Source: an uncultured Actinomycetes bacterium (GTDB lineage: Bacteria > Actinomycetota > Geothermincolia > Fen-727 > JACVIW01). Taken from it: a stretch of DNA of 64,000 nucleotides. Location of the stretch: the NCBI GenBank assembly GCA_937127245.1, contig CAKZLU010000041.1:9824-73823 (forward strand). Direction: 5' to 3'. Below the pieces are notes generated by a model that had not been told where the DNA came from, did not search any database, and worked only from the letters and a program-made list of their open reading frames with translations. A program made the translations under genes and the position numbers. How positions within the stretch are numbered: position 1 is the first letter of the stretch; every line of letters starts with the position of its first letter. Positions 1 to 8,818 of this stretch are shown here, one piece after another.

Positions 1-190
1 CTTTTATGACTTGTGGGTAATGTTGAAGCCATTATTCTATCAAAGAAAAGTCCGAAACCCGATGAAACAAAAATGTAGTTTTAACCCAGTTTCAGGCAGT
101 TAACTCATGCGTTTAATATTTCGATATTAGTTAATGAAAAAGGATTGTAGTAACCTTTGATCCTGGAAAAAAATAGGAGGTTTTTTCGGG

Positions 191-3100
191 ATGTCAGTTG
201 TCAGGGTGCGATATCCTTTGTCTGGGCTGAAGAGATTTGCAATACTCGCATTATCGAGTCTGGTTTTCTTGTTGCTTTGCCTTGCTTTACTCCCGAACGA
301 AGCGACCGCCGCTTTGGGTGCTTGGGATGATGCCAAGATAAAGTGGATGATATATCCAACCTTAGGCAATCCGGCGATTGTCAAAAGTGGAGGATATTTC
401 GACCTTGAGCTTGATCCCAGAAGGGGGGTGTATTATCAAAACCCCTTACCTGTGCTCGAAGAAGTAAGCGTGAATGTTGTTTCCAGTTGTGATAAGTACC
501 CCTACTCCGGGAAGCTGCCCGTTGAGTCATTTGAGGCTGGATATAGCAAACGCTGGCCTGAGTTGAAGCCCGAGACGTCGATCGACAAAAGGATTTACCT
601 CATAAGAGTGCGGGTACCCTATTACGTACCACGCGATCTCTATGATGTTTCGGTTAAAGCAACATTAAAAGGTGGAAAGACGCTGAGCGATTCTCAGCCC
701 CATTCTCTTATGGTTGTTGAATCTTTCAAGAAGCGTTTCTCGTTTGTTCAGTTGTCGGATATACACGTTTTCGGTCCGGAAGTGAGCTATCCAGGTTCCA
801 ATCAGAAAGAAAGGAGCGGAAGACCCCGGTACGAGGGAGACCCCGGTCCTAACCGAAAAGGAGCAATTTATTATAGAAAGGCTATAAATCAGATAAATAT
901 CATGAAACCGGATTTCTGCATTTTTACCGGCGATTATATTTTTGGTCAAAAGTATTTCACTAAAGACCAGGGAGAGCCCTGGGGCACCACCACGGAATAT
1001 GAGTATGAGATGCTCTGGTTTTACGAGGAAACGCTCAAGCTGGAGGTTCCCGTCTTCATGGTTTTGGGAAATCACGACGGATATTACGAAAGCAGTTACG
1101 GGGCGGGCGAGGACTGGCAGGAAAACTGGAAAAGGATGTTTGGTCCTCTCTACTATACCTTCGATTACGGTGACGCAAGATTCTTCGTTTTGAACTCCCT
1201 CGACTGGGCTATGACCGATAGGAGCCTCTTCGATTGGTTAGGCATAATACTCCAACCTCGGAAATATAAAGGTCAGCTAAGAGGAGGAGGGGACCCCTGG
1301 GAGAGCGGAATCAGTGAGGAACGTTTTGCGCAGATAGATGAAAAGAAATTTACCGGGCAACTTGCATGGTTGAGGGATGAACTCAAGGCAAGCAAGGATA
1401 AAGCAATCAGAATATGCGCCATGCATCATGACCCCTTCAAAGATAACGGCAGCGGTTCCATGTGGGAGGATGATTTTTTGGGAATGGGTGGAGGTCAGGG
1501 AAGGCTTGCGGTGATGAAGCTTATGAGAGACTACAATGTGGCTCTCGAAATCAGCGGGCACGATCACTCAGACTATGTGGGTTCTATGAAATGGTCTGAC
1601 GGAAAAGGAAACGTTCTCTTTGTTAACACCACCTCAACATCTTTCCAGTCTGACGGGAACTCAGATGTTTATCCAGGATACAGGAGGATCTGGATAAACG
1701 GAGACAAGGTGGAGAGTTTCAACTACCTCGACCCGAAGTTTTCGTATCCTTTCTACAAGGGAACCAACGTGGGCGGCACTACTAATCTCGGATCTTTGGT
1801 AACCCCTGCGATTGAAACAAGCTGGAGTCCCGGTGCTCCTGGAAATTATAAAGACGTGACCTGCACCGTGGTAAACAATCTATCAAAATCGCTACCGGGC
1901 GCTTATCTTGAGTACCCCATGCCGCACCTGTCTAATGGATATTACTACAAAGTAAGTAACGGTCGATTAGGCGATATTTACGACGTTACCGTATCAGGCG
2001 TGAAGAAAAGGGTCTATCAGGTTTATGCGGATGTTGACGAGGTTGGGACCAAGAGTGTGAGGCTGTCTGTTAGTTCAAGCCCCGACAAAAAAGCGCCTAC
2101 GGCTTCAATCTTGATAAATGACGGTGCGAAAACGACCACTTCCAGGAGTGTGAATTTGTCTTTGAAAGCGCGCGACGGCGAGTCCGGTTTGATGGGAATG
2201 ATGATCTCAAATTACCCTGATTTTAGGGGCGCCAAGTGGGAGCGATTCCAGACAAGGAAAGAGTGGAAACTGGCTTCCGGTGAATCGGGCAGGCGGACTG
2301 TTTACGCAAGATTTGCCGATTGCGCGATGCCCTCCAACGTAACCGAGGTCAAGGCCACAATAATCTACGTTAGTACGTCAGGAAACGAAGGACCTTCCTC
2401 AAACTGGTACTTTGCCGAAGGGTGCACAAGGGATGGATTTGAAGAGTGGCTGACAATCCAGAACCCGTTTGAGGACGTTTGCGATGTTGACATAACTTTC
2501 ATGCTGGAAAACGGGGAAAATATACCCCTTAGCCTTACCTTGGATGGCACGAGCCGTTACACACTGAACGTTAATCAAGTGGTCGGTCCGGAAAGGGATG
2601 TGTCTTTGGTCTTAGAATCGAGCCTTCCCGTATACGCTGAAAGACCATTGTATTTCAACTATCAAAAAATGTGGCGGGGTGGAGACGTTGTCGTTGGCGC
2701 AAGGAAGCCGCTTACCAGGTGGTATTTTGCTGAAGGGTGCACGAGGGAAATTCCGGGCTCAGCCAATTTTCACACATGGTTTTGCGTTCTCAACCCACAG
2801 CCTAACCAAGCAAAGGTCAAGCTAACTTATATGCTTTCAACGGGTGAGACGAGGGAGACAAATTGCGTAATTGCGCCGAAATCAAGAAAGACAATTTGCG
2901 CCAACTGGGAAATCGGACCAGGACATGATTTTTCAACCGTTGTGGAAGCTTCGCTTCCCGTTGTTTGCGAACGCCCCGTATATTTTGACTACGGGGGCGT
3001 AATTTTCGGCGGTCACAACGTAATGGGGATCAAAGATTCCTCAAGGGAATGGTACTTCGCGGAGGGAACGACTAACTATCGGTTCGATAATTATTTGTGC

Positions 3101-3658
3101 ATCCAGAATCCTTCAGATTATGAGGCGCAGGTAAAGATTGAGTACAGGCTAAAAACCGGTGACAGGAAGCTCAGAGAGATTTCGGTTTCCCCGAAGAGCA
3201 GATACACCCATTTTCTGAACAGCGACCTCGCGCCGGGTGAGGATTTCTCGCTCGCCGTTTTTTCAGATGTCCCGGTTCTTGCGGAACGCCCCGTTTATTT
3301 CATCTATGGTCCATCCCTGGACGGCGGGCACTGCGTTACGGGAATAAATATGCCCAGGACCGAGTTCTTTTTTGCTGAAGGATGCACGCGTGACAATTTT
3401 GAGGAATGGTTGTGTATTCAGAATGCCACCGAGCGCAAAGCGAAGGTGAAGATCGACTATATGCTTGGAAATTCTGAGACGAGAACGCAGGAAATTGAGG
3501 TAAATCCCTATTCTCGATACACGGTTAGCGTTAACGCCTTTCTGGGCGGTGAATATGATGTGTCAGTAAGAGTAAGATCCGACCGTGACCTTGTGGTTGA
3601 AAGACCGATATATTTTCTCTATGGCGCAAAATGGGCAGGGGGTCATTGCGCCATTTAA
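191..3658 (+). CDS. Secreted calcineurin-like metallophosphoesterase with an Ig-like domain and four C-terminal WYFAEG (DUF5719-like) repeats
   Basis: 1155-aa ORF; SD AGGAGG at 175-180; N-terminal signal-peptide-like hydrophobic stretch ending A-T-A-A; metallophosphoesterase motifs SDIH, TGDY, GNHD, HH, GHDH; INDGA..T..V.L Ig-like module; four repeats. Confidence 0.85.
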   Translation: MSVVRVRYPLSGLKRFAILALSSLVFLLLCLALLPNEATAALGAWDDAKIKWMIYPTLGNPAIVKSGGYFDLELDPRRGVYYQNPLPVLEEVSVNVVSSCDKYPYSGKLPVESFEAGYSKRWPELKPETSIDKRIYLIRVRVPYYVPRDLYDVSVKATLKGGKTLSDSQPHSLMVVESFKKRFSFVQLSDIHVFGPEVSYPGSNQKERSGRPRYEGDPGPNRKGAIYYRKAINQINIMKPDFCIFTGDYIFGQKYFTKDQGEPWGTTTEYEYEMLWFYEETLKLEVPVFMVLGNHDGYYESSYGAGEDWQENWKRMFGPLYYTFDYGDARFFVLNSLDWAMTDRSLFDWLGIILQPRKYKGQLRGGGDPWESGISEERFAQIDEKKFTGQLAWLRDELKASKDKAIRICAMHHDPFKDNGSGSMWEDDFLGMGGGQGRLAVMKLMRDYNVALEISGHDHSDYVGSMKWSDGKGNVLFVNTTSTSFQSDGNSDVYPGYRRIWINGDKVESFNYLDPKFSYPFYKGTNVGGTTNLGSLVTPAIETSWSPGAPGNYKDVTCTVVNNLSKSLPGAYLEYPMPHLSNGYYYKVSNGRLGDIYDVTVSGVKKRVYQVYADVDEVGTKSVRLSVSSSPDKKAPTASILINDGAKTTTSRSVNLSLKARDGESGLMGMMISNYPDFRGAKWERFQTRKEWKLASGESGRRTVYARFADCAMPSNVTEVKATIIYVSTSGNEGPSSNWYFAEGCTRDGFEEWLTIQNPFEDVCDVDITFMLENGENIPLSLTLDGTSRYTLNVNQVVGPERDVSLVLESSLPVYAERPLYFNYQKMWRGGDVVVGARKPLTRWYFAEGCTREIPGSANFHTWFCVLNPQPNQAKVKLTYMLSTGETRETNCVIAPKSRKTICANWEIGPGHDFSTVVEASLPVVCERPVYFDYGGVIFGGHNVMGIKDSSREWYFAEGTTNYRFDNYLCIQNPSDYEAQVKIEYRLKTGDRKLREISVSPKSRYTHFLNSDLAPGEDFSLAVFSDVPVLAERPVYFIYGPSLDGGHCVTGINMPRTEFFFAEGCTRDNFEEWLCIQNATERKAKVKIDYMLGNSETRTQEIEVNPYSRYTVSVNAFLGGEYDVSVRVRSDRDLVVERPIYFLYGAKWAGGHCAI
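2405..3655 (+). repeat. Four tandem ~105-110 aa protein repeats (W/F-Y/F-FAEG.T...ERP.YF.Y...GGH)
   Basis: Repeat starts at 2405, 2720, 3050 and 3365 (periods 315/330/315 nt, all in frame). Conserved at the protein level, diverged at the DNA level. Confidence 0.9.
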
Positions 3659-3792
3659 ATTGCGCAGTTTAAACTTTTTCAATGCCCCGTTTGAATCTCC
3701 CCTTCGCATGAGGAAAAGAAGTGTTCGGGAATAGAGAAAGCATTGGAATCTTTTTGATTCATTAGTTGTTTCTTCGAGTCAGCTATCTATAG

Positions 3793-3801
3793 TGATATTC
3801 T
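3793..3801 (+). promoter_or_regulatory. Extended -10 promoter (TGaTATTCT) 7 nt before the ATG; probable leaderless transcript
   Basis: TG at 3793, TATTCT at 3796-3801, ATG at 3809, no SD in between. Confidence 0.5.
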
Positions 3802-3808
3802 ATAAACT

Positions 3809-4240
3809 ATGAGCAGTGAAAAAGAATCGCCATATTTCCTTTTTGAGCAAGGAAAGAAATTACTTGAAGAGGGTCATCCCGCTCAGGCTGCAATGGTTTT
3901 GGAGAAAGCGAGGGAGGATTTCCCCAAAAAAGGGTCTATTCTCGAGGTTTTAGGCAGGGCATATTACACTTACGGCAGATACGACGAGGCTGCCTTACGT
4001 TTTGAAGAGGCTGTTGAGGTTGACCCCACAAATGACTACGCCCACTACTGCCTGGGTCGGTGTTATCTTAAACTCAAGAGAAAAAGTGAGGCCGGTAAGC
4101 ATTTCAAGCTTGCCTGGAACCTGAAACCGTGTGAGATGTACAGACAGGAAGCCCTGCGATTCGGAGCGGTCTTTAACCGACCGTACCCGGGCCCAGCGGA
4201 AACGGAGTTTGACCAGAATCGTGACCCGGAGAATTTTTGA
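3809..4240 (+). CDS. Tetratricopeptide repeat protein
   Basis: TPR helices (LGRAYYTYGRYDEAALRFEEAVEVDP; AHYCLGRCYLKL). Confidence 0.85.
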   Translation: MSSEKESPYFLFEQGKKLLEEGHPAQAAMVLEKAREDFPKKGSILEVLGRAYYTYGRYDEAALRFEEAVEVDPTNDYAHYCLGRCYLKLKRKSEAGKHFKLAWNLKPCEMYRQEALRFGAVFNRPYPGPAETEFDQNRDPENF

Positions 4241-5064
4241 GATGGAGGTATCGGGATTTGAGGGAAGAGGACCTGAGAAATTTCAAGGGTCTGATAATCG
4301 ATCTTGATGGAGTAGTTTATCTTCTTAACGAAGCAGTACCGGGTTCACCGGAAGCCATAGCCGAAATCCAGCAATGCGAAATCCCCTTTGTTTTTCTGAC
4401 TAACAATTCTTCAGCGACTCCAGAGCAGTATTCGAATAAACTTGCCGGCTTCGGTATAAAGGTTTCGCCGGAACAGGTAGTCACATCCTCTCAGGCGGTC
4501 AGGAAGTATCTTCAAGAAAAGATAGGAAATCGAAAAGCGAGCGCTTTCGTTATTGGCGAAATAGGTCTGGTAAGCGAAGTCGAGAAGGTCGGCTTGATCA
4601 TTCTGAACGGTGAAGAGAGCTCCGATGCCGACGTGGTTGTCGTGGGTTGCGACAGGCATTTTGACTACGCAAAGCTTAAAGCGGCTGTCGTGGCGATCAG
4701 AAATGGTGCATTGTACATAGCCTCAAACGCTGACGCCACTTACCCGACCCCGAACGGTCTCTGGCCCGGCGCGGGAGCGATAGTTGCCGCCGTAACCACG
4801 GGCGCGGGTAGGGAACCTTTCATCGCGGGGAAGCCGAACAGACTGATTGTTGAACTTGCGTTGGAAAGGCTTGGTACATCGCCCCAGGATACTCTTCTCA
4901 TTGGCGACAGGCTTGATACTGACATCAAAGCAGGTGTCTCGGCAGGCGTAAAAACAGCGCTCGTACTTACAGGGGTTTCAAAGGAAGAGGAAATTGTAAA
5001 GACGGGAATACGTCCCGATTTCGTTTGCGCAAGCCTAAGCGCTTTGGTTAACTTTAAATGTTAG
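4237..5064 (+). CDS. HAD-superfamily IIA hydrolase (NagD-like phosphatase)
   Basis: DLDGV, LTNNS, GKP and GDRLDTDI motifs. Confidence 0.9.
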   Translation: MRWRYRDLREEDLRNFKGLIIDLDGVVYLLNEAVPGSPEAIAEIQQCEIPFVFLTNNSSATPEQYSNKLAGFGIKVSPEQVVTSSQAVRKYLQEKIGNRKASAFVIGEIGLVSEVEKVGLIILNGEESSDADVVVVGCDRHFDYAKLKAAVVAIRNGALYIASNADATYPTPNGLWPGAGAIVAAVTTGAGREPFIAGKPNRLIVELALERLGTSPQDTLLIGDRLDTDIKAGVSAGVKTALVLTGVSKEEEIVKTGIRPDFVCASLSALVNFKC

Positions 5065-5095
5065 AATTTCTTCGTTCGTTTGGATTGGACTTGAG

Positions 5096-6403
5096 GTGGT
5101 GAAGGAATTGTACAACCCTGAAATCGAAGCAATGCCGCGCGATGAACTTAAAGAACTTCAGCTTGAGCGCTTGAAGCAGGTTGTCAAGCGCTGCGAGGAG
5201 ATGGTTCCTTTTTACAGAAAGAGGCTCAGGGATGCGGGCGTCAGCTGGAAGGATATCAACTCCCTTGAAGACCTTAGGCAAATTCCTTTCACAACTAAGG
5301 ATGACCTTAGAGATAACTATCCATTTGGAATGTTCGCTGTGCCAATGAGAGAAATAGTGAGGATTCACGCATCTTCCGGAACCACGGGCATACCAACCGT
5401 TGTGGGTTACACTCATTGCGACATTGAAACATGGGCTGAGTTGATGGCAAGGGCTTTGGTCGCCGGGAGGACTGAAAAATCTGACATTGTCCAGGTGGCT
5501 TACGGTTATGGTCTTTTTACAGGAGGACTCGGATTCCATTACGGGGTTGAACGTCTGGGAGCCTCTGTCATTCCGATTTCCGGCGGTAACACAAAAAGGC
5601 AGATTCGAATGATGGTTGATCTTGGCACAACGGTGCTCTGTTGCACTCCCTCGTACGCTTTGTTTATGGCGGAAACAGCTGAGGAGATGGGCGTTAATTT
5701 CAAAGAGCTGAGACTGAAATCGGGTATTTTCGGAGCGGAGCCCTGGAGTGATAGGATGAGGGAAAAGATTGAGCGGATACTCAATCTCTCGGCTTTCGAC
5801 ATATATGGCCTTTCAGAAGTAATGGGTCCCGGCGTCGCGATTGAATGCGATAACAAGCAGGGCTTGCATATTTTTGAGGACGCGTTTATCCCCGAAATCA
5901 TAGACCCCGATACCGGTGAGGTTTTGTCCCCCGGTGAAAAAGGCGAACTCGTTTTCACAACTCTAACAAAAGAAGGCATGCCTCTTTTGCGGTATCGCAC
6001 AAGGGATATAAGCGCTTTAGACGATAGCCCCTGCCCGTGTTGTAGAACCCACGTCAGGATGAAAAGAATAAGCGGCAGAACTGACGATATGCTCATAATC
6101 AGAGGGATCAACGTTTTCCCCTCCCAGATAGAATCGGTACTAATGAACATAGAGGGTCTATCACCGCATTACCAGCTGGTGGTTGATAGGGTTGGTGGTC
6201 TTGATATCTTGGAGGTGCAGGTCGAGGTTACCGAGGAAATGTTCTCCGACAGGATTCGCGGACTTGAAGAATGGGAAGAGGTAATACAGTCCGAGATCGA
6301 GAGTTATCTCGGGATCTCGGTAAAGGTCACGCTCGTTGAGCCCAGGACAATAGCGCGCAGCGAGGGGAAAGCCGTAAGGGTCATAGACAACAGGGAAATT
6401 TGA
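5096..6403 (+). CDS. paaK: Phenylacetate-CoA ligase family protein
   Basis: HASSGTTG P-loop, [56 protein letters not shown]. Confidence 0.9.
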   Translation: MVKELYNPEIEAMPRDELKELQLERLKQVVKRCEEMVPFYRKRLRDAGVSWKDINSLEDLRQIPFTTKDDLRDNYPFGMFAVPMREIVRIHASSGTTGIPTVVGYTHCDIETWAELMARALVAGRTEKSDIVQVAYGYGLFTGGLGFHYGVERLGASVIPISGGNTKRQIRMMVDLGTTVLCCTPSYALFMAETAEEMGVNFKELRLKSGIFGAEPWSDRMREKIERILNLSAFDIYGLSEVMGPGVAIECDNKQGLHIFEDAFIPEIIDPDTGEVLSPGEKGELVFTTLTKEGMPLLRYRTRDISALDDSPCPCCRTHVRMKRISGRTDDMLIIRGINVFPSQIESVLMNIEGLSPHYQLVVDRVGGLDILEVQVEVTEEMFSDRIRGLEEWEEVIQSEIESYLGISVKVTLVEPRTIARSEGKAVRVIDNREI

Positions 6404-6849
6404 TTGGGGTGAGACCGATGACAGTCAGGCAAATATCGGTTTTTCTTGAGAACAAGTCCGGCAGACTTCTGGAGTTGACAAGGTGTTTGGGTGACGCGGG
6501 GATAAACATCAGGGCTCTTTGCGTCGCTGACACGATGGATTTCGGGGTAATAAGGCTCATCGTTGACGATCCCGACAAAGCTCATGAAACCTTGAGGTCG
6601 GCCGGCTTCACCGTTAAGGAGGCAATAGTCTTCGCCGTTGAGGTTGACGACAGGCCCGGCGGGCTCGCCAATGTGTTGAAACCGCTTGTAGATCAAGAGA
6701 TAAACGTTGAGTATCTTTACTGTTTTCTTGAGAAAGCCGCTGATAACGCGATTGTTATCATCAGAGTTGAGGAGGCAGAACAGGCAATCGGCGCATTAAA
6801 GGCGGCAGGCTTTAGGGTGATTCCTCCTGAAGAGCTGTACTCGATGTGA
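6400..6849 (+). CDS. Tandem ACT-domain (amino-acid-binding) protein
   Basis: [13 protein letters not shown]...GINIRAL; second ACT DRPGGLA; usual partner of PaaK-like ligases; start may be ATG 6418. Confidence 0.85.
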   Translation: MIGVRPMTVRQISVFLENKSGRLLELTRCLGDAGINIRALCVADTMDFGVIRLIVDDPDKAHETLRSAGFTVKEAIVFAVEVDDRPGGLANVLKPLVDQEINVEYLYCFLEKAADNAIVIIRVEEAEQAIGALKAAGFRVIPPEELYSM

Positions 6850-6855
6850 TGTCCC

Positions 6856-7275
6856 ATGGGTGTGGTCACCGGCACAATAGAGGTCAAAACCAGTGGCAAC
6901 TGCGACGTGATCGATATCACGGGGGAAGTTTCAAAAGTTGTTAGAGATTCCGGCCTGAAAAACGGGGTTGTCACCATTTTCGTTCCGGGTTCAACAGCCG
7001 GAATAACCACCGTTGAGTACGAACCCGGTTTGGTCGAGGACATTTCGGAGCTTTTCGAAAGGATTGCGCCGGCTGGCAAAAATTACCACCACAACCTGAG
7101 GTGGCGTGATGGCAACGGTCATTCTCATGTGAGAGCGGCGCTTATGGGACCATCGCTGAGCGTTCCTTTTAATGAGGGCAAGCTGTTGCTTGGCATCTGG
7201 CAGCAGATAGTCTTTGTGGATTTTGACAACCGCTCAAGACAGAGGGAACTTTTCTGCCAGATTATAGGTGAGTGA
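6856..7275 (+). CDS. yjbQ: YjbQ/UPF0047 family protein
   Basis: DIT..V, GSTAGITTVE.EP, NGHSH, LGIWQ...DFD motifs. Confidence 0.85.
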   Translation: MGVVTGTIEVKTSGNCDVIDITGEVSKVVRDSGLKNGVVTIFVPGSTAGITTVEYEPGLVEDISELFERIAPAGKNYHHNLRWRDGNGHSHVRAALMGPSLSVPFNEGKLLLGIWQQIVFVDFDNRSRQRELFCQIIGE

Positions 7276-7355
7276 TTCTCTAGGCTCTCTTATTCCTTCC
7301 GCATTGAGCGTTCGTCACGGTCAGAATTGACTGCACGTGGGGGAAAGCCCAAATT

Positions 7356-8531
7356 TCAAGAAGCGTCAATCTCCTTGATAATAGCGAGCGCTAAGCTCTT
7401 CACTTTGTCAAGCAATGATTGGTCTATTACGTCGTATGTGTCGTTTCGACTCCTCCAGCCAGGGTAGGTAGAGCCACTCATTGCGCAGATTGTAATGGCG
7501 CTTATGCCTCTCGCTTGGGCAACCATTGCGTCGCTCTTTTTTACCCTGCAGGAACTGAAACCAATGTCTGATCCAATTGATCTTGCTGCTTTCTTCGATA
7601 TTTTCTTAAGCTTCTTGCCCGGGCTGAAACCGAATATGGGTCCTTCCCTTTTCAAAAGGCGTATCTCCCCGCGACCAGGGTGGTCTATGTTTAGCACATA
7701 GGCGCCTTTCAACGTTTTCCTATTCTTTTTAATGAGTTCAACCATACCGCGTCCGCCGGCGAATCCCCTTGCTGTGGCGACAAACCAGACTTCCGTGTTC
7801 TCGAAAGGTGATTGATTGATTCCTTCAAGAAGAGAAAGCATGACAGCGACGCCGGCGGCATTGTCATTAGCCCCCGGAGAGGTCCTTCCGAAAATTTCAC
7901 CCCAAGAGAGGATAATGGTAAAAATTAATATGTAGCCTGCTAAAGGTGATGAAAAATACCAGATAACCCTCAGTATCCTCGAGCTGAATTTTGCCAGCTC
8001 CCCTGCGATACCGACAACGCTGACCCCTGTTAACCCCAGGATACATAGAAAGAGAAGGATGTACATGAATCGGTAAGCTCTGGCCAGCGTTCTGTTTCCG
8101 AAAGGAGATGTTCTCGAACTATCGTAATTGGCAGTGAGGATAACCCTCTTAGGGAATTTCAGATTATTCTCATTTTTAGGGGGTACTATTTGTATCAGGT
8201 TTGTCGCTCTGCGGCGGGGAAGCATTTTGGATATCAAAGCCCATGAGTATGTTTCCATCTGGAAAACAATGAAAGCAACAGAGGCGAGAAGAAAGGAAAT
8301 TCTCGGCGCTGGCAGGAAGAGGATATAAGCGATGACGCTAAAAGCAAGTATTATTATCAGTGAGGGGATGTCCGAGCGCCAGCAGGAGAAGTGCTGCAGC
8401 CGAATTTCCCTATCCGTTTTCTTCATCACGCTGGCAATATAAATTGACGCGGCTCGTTCGCCCTCCGAGCCACCCTCCCTGCTGCCGATTCTTTTAGATA
8501 GATAAAGAACGTGTCTACCCGGGGGACTCAT
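7356..8531 (-). CDS. Membrane-bound M28 peptidase-like protein, metal ligands degenerate
   Basis: R.GGSEGERAA, GANDNAAGVAV, NID motifs and about four TM helices; HxD is NYD, EE is RG, final His absent. Confidence 0.75.
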   Translation of the reverse strand: MSPPGRHVLYLSKRIGSREGGSEGERAASIYIASVMKKTDREIRLQHFSCWRSDIPSLIIILAFSVIAYILFLPAPRISFLLASVAFIVFQMETYSWALISKMLPRRRATNLIQIVPPKNENNLKFPKRVILTANYDSSRTSPFGNRTLARAYRFMYILLFLCILGLTGVSVVGIAGELAKFSSRILRVIWYFSSPLAGYILIFTIILSWGEIFGRTSPGANDNAAGVAVMLSLLEGINQSPFENTEVWFVATARGFAGGRGMVELIKKNRKTLKGAYVLNIDHPGRGEIRLLKREGPIFGFSPGKKLKKISKKAARSIGSDIGFSSCRVKKSDAMVAQARGISAITICAMSGSTYPGWRSRNDTYDVIDQSLLDKVKSLALAIIKEIDAS

Positions 8532-8537
8532 GCGCGT

Positions 8538-8546
8538 ATTCTAACA
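8538..8546 (-). promoter_or_regulatory. Extended -10 promoter (TGtTAGAAT) 6 nt before the ATG; probable leaderless transcript
   Basis: Minus strand reads TGT-TAGAAT-ACGCGC-ATG(8531). Confidence 0.55.
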
Positions 8547-8701
8547 CAGCGTCCTGCGTTAACGTTAAAATGATTTTCACTTAGTGAACGGACGCTAACC
8601 CGATGTTTGGGGAATTCCTCGCGCAAGATATGCTGATGGTTTCCAATAAACGGTCCACTCTTTTACGGATACTGGCGAAAGAGTACTCCAAGGCTCGATT
8701 C

Positions 8702-8730
8702 TTGTTTGCCGTTATATGAGAATATAGAAT
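8702..8730 (+). promoter_or_regulatory. Putative sigma-A promoter of the dxs operon
   Basis: TTGTTT-17 nt-TAGAAT. Confidence 0.35.
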
Positions 8731-8818
8731 TGAACATCGGTTTTTTTGATAATCGCAAGCTTTCTATGATGATGAAATTAGTCCAAGTTTGATGTAAGTT
8801 TGTTTCTGGTGGTTTTAT

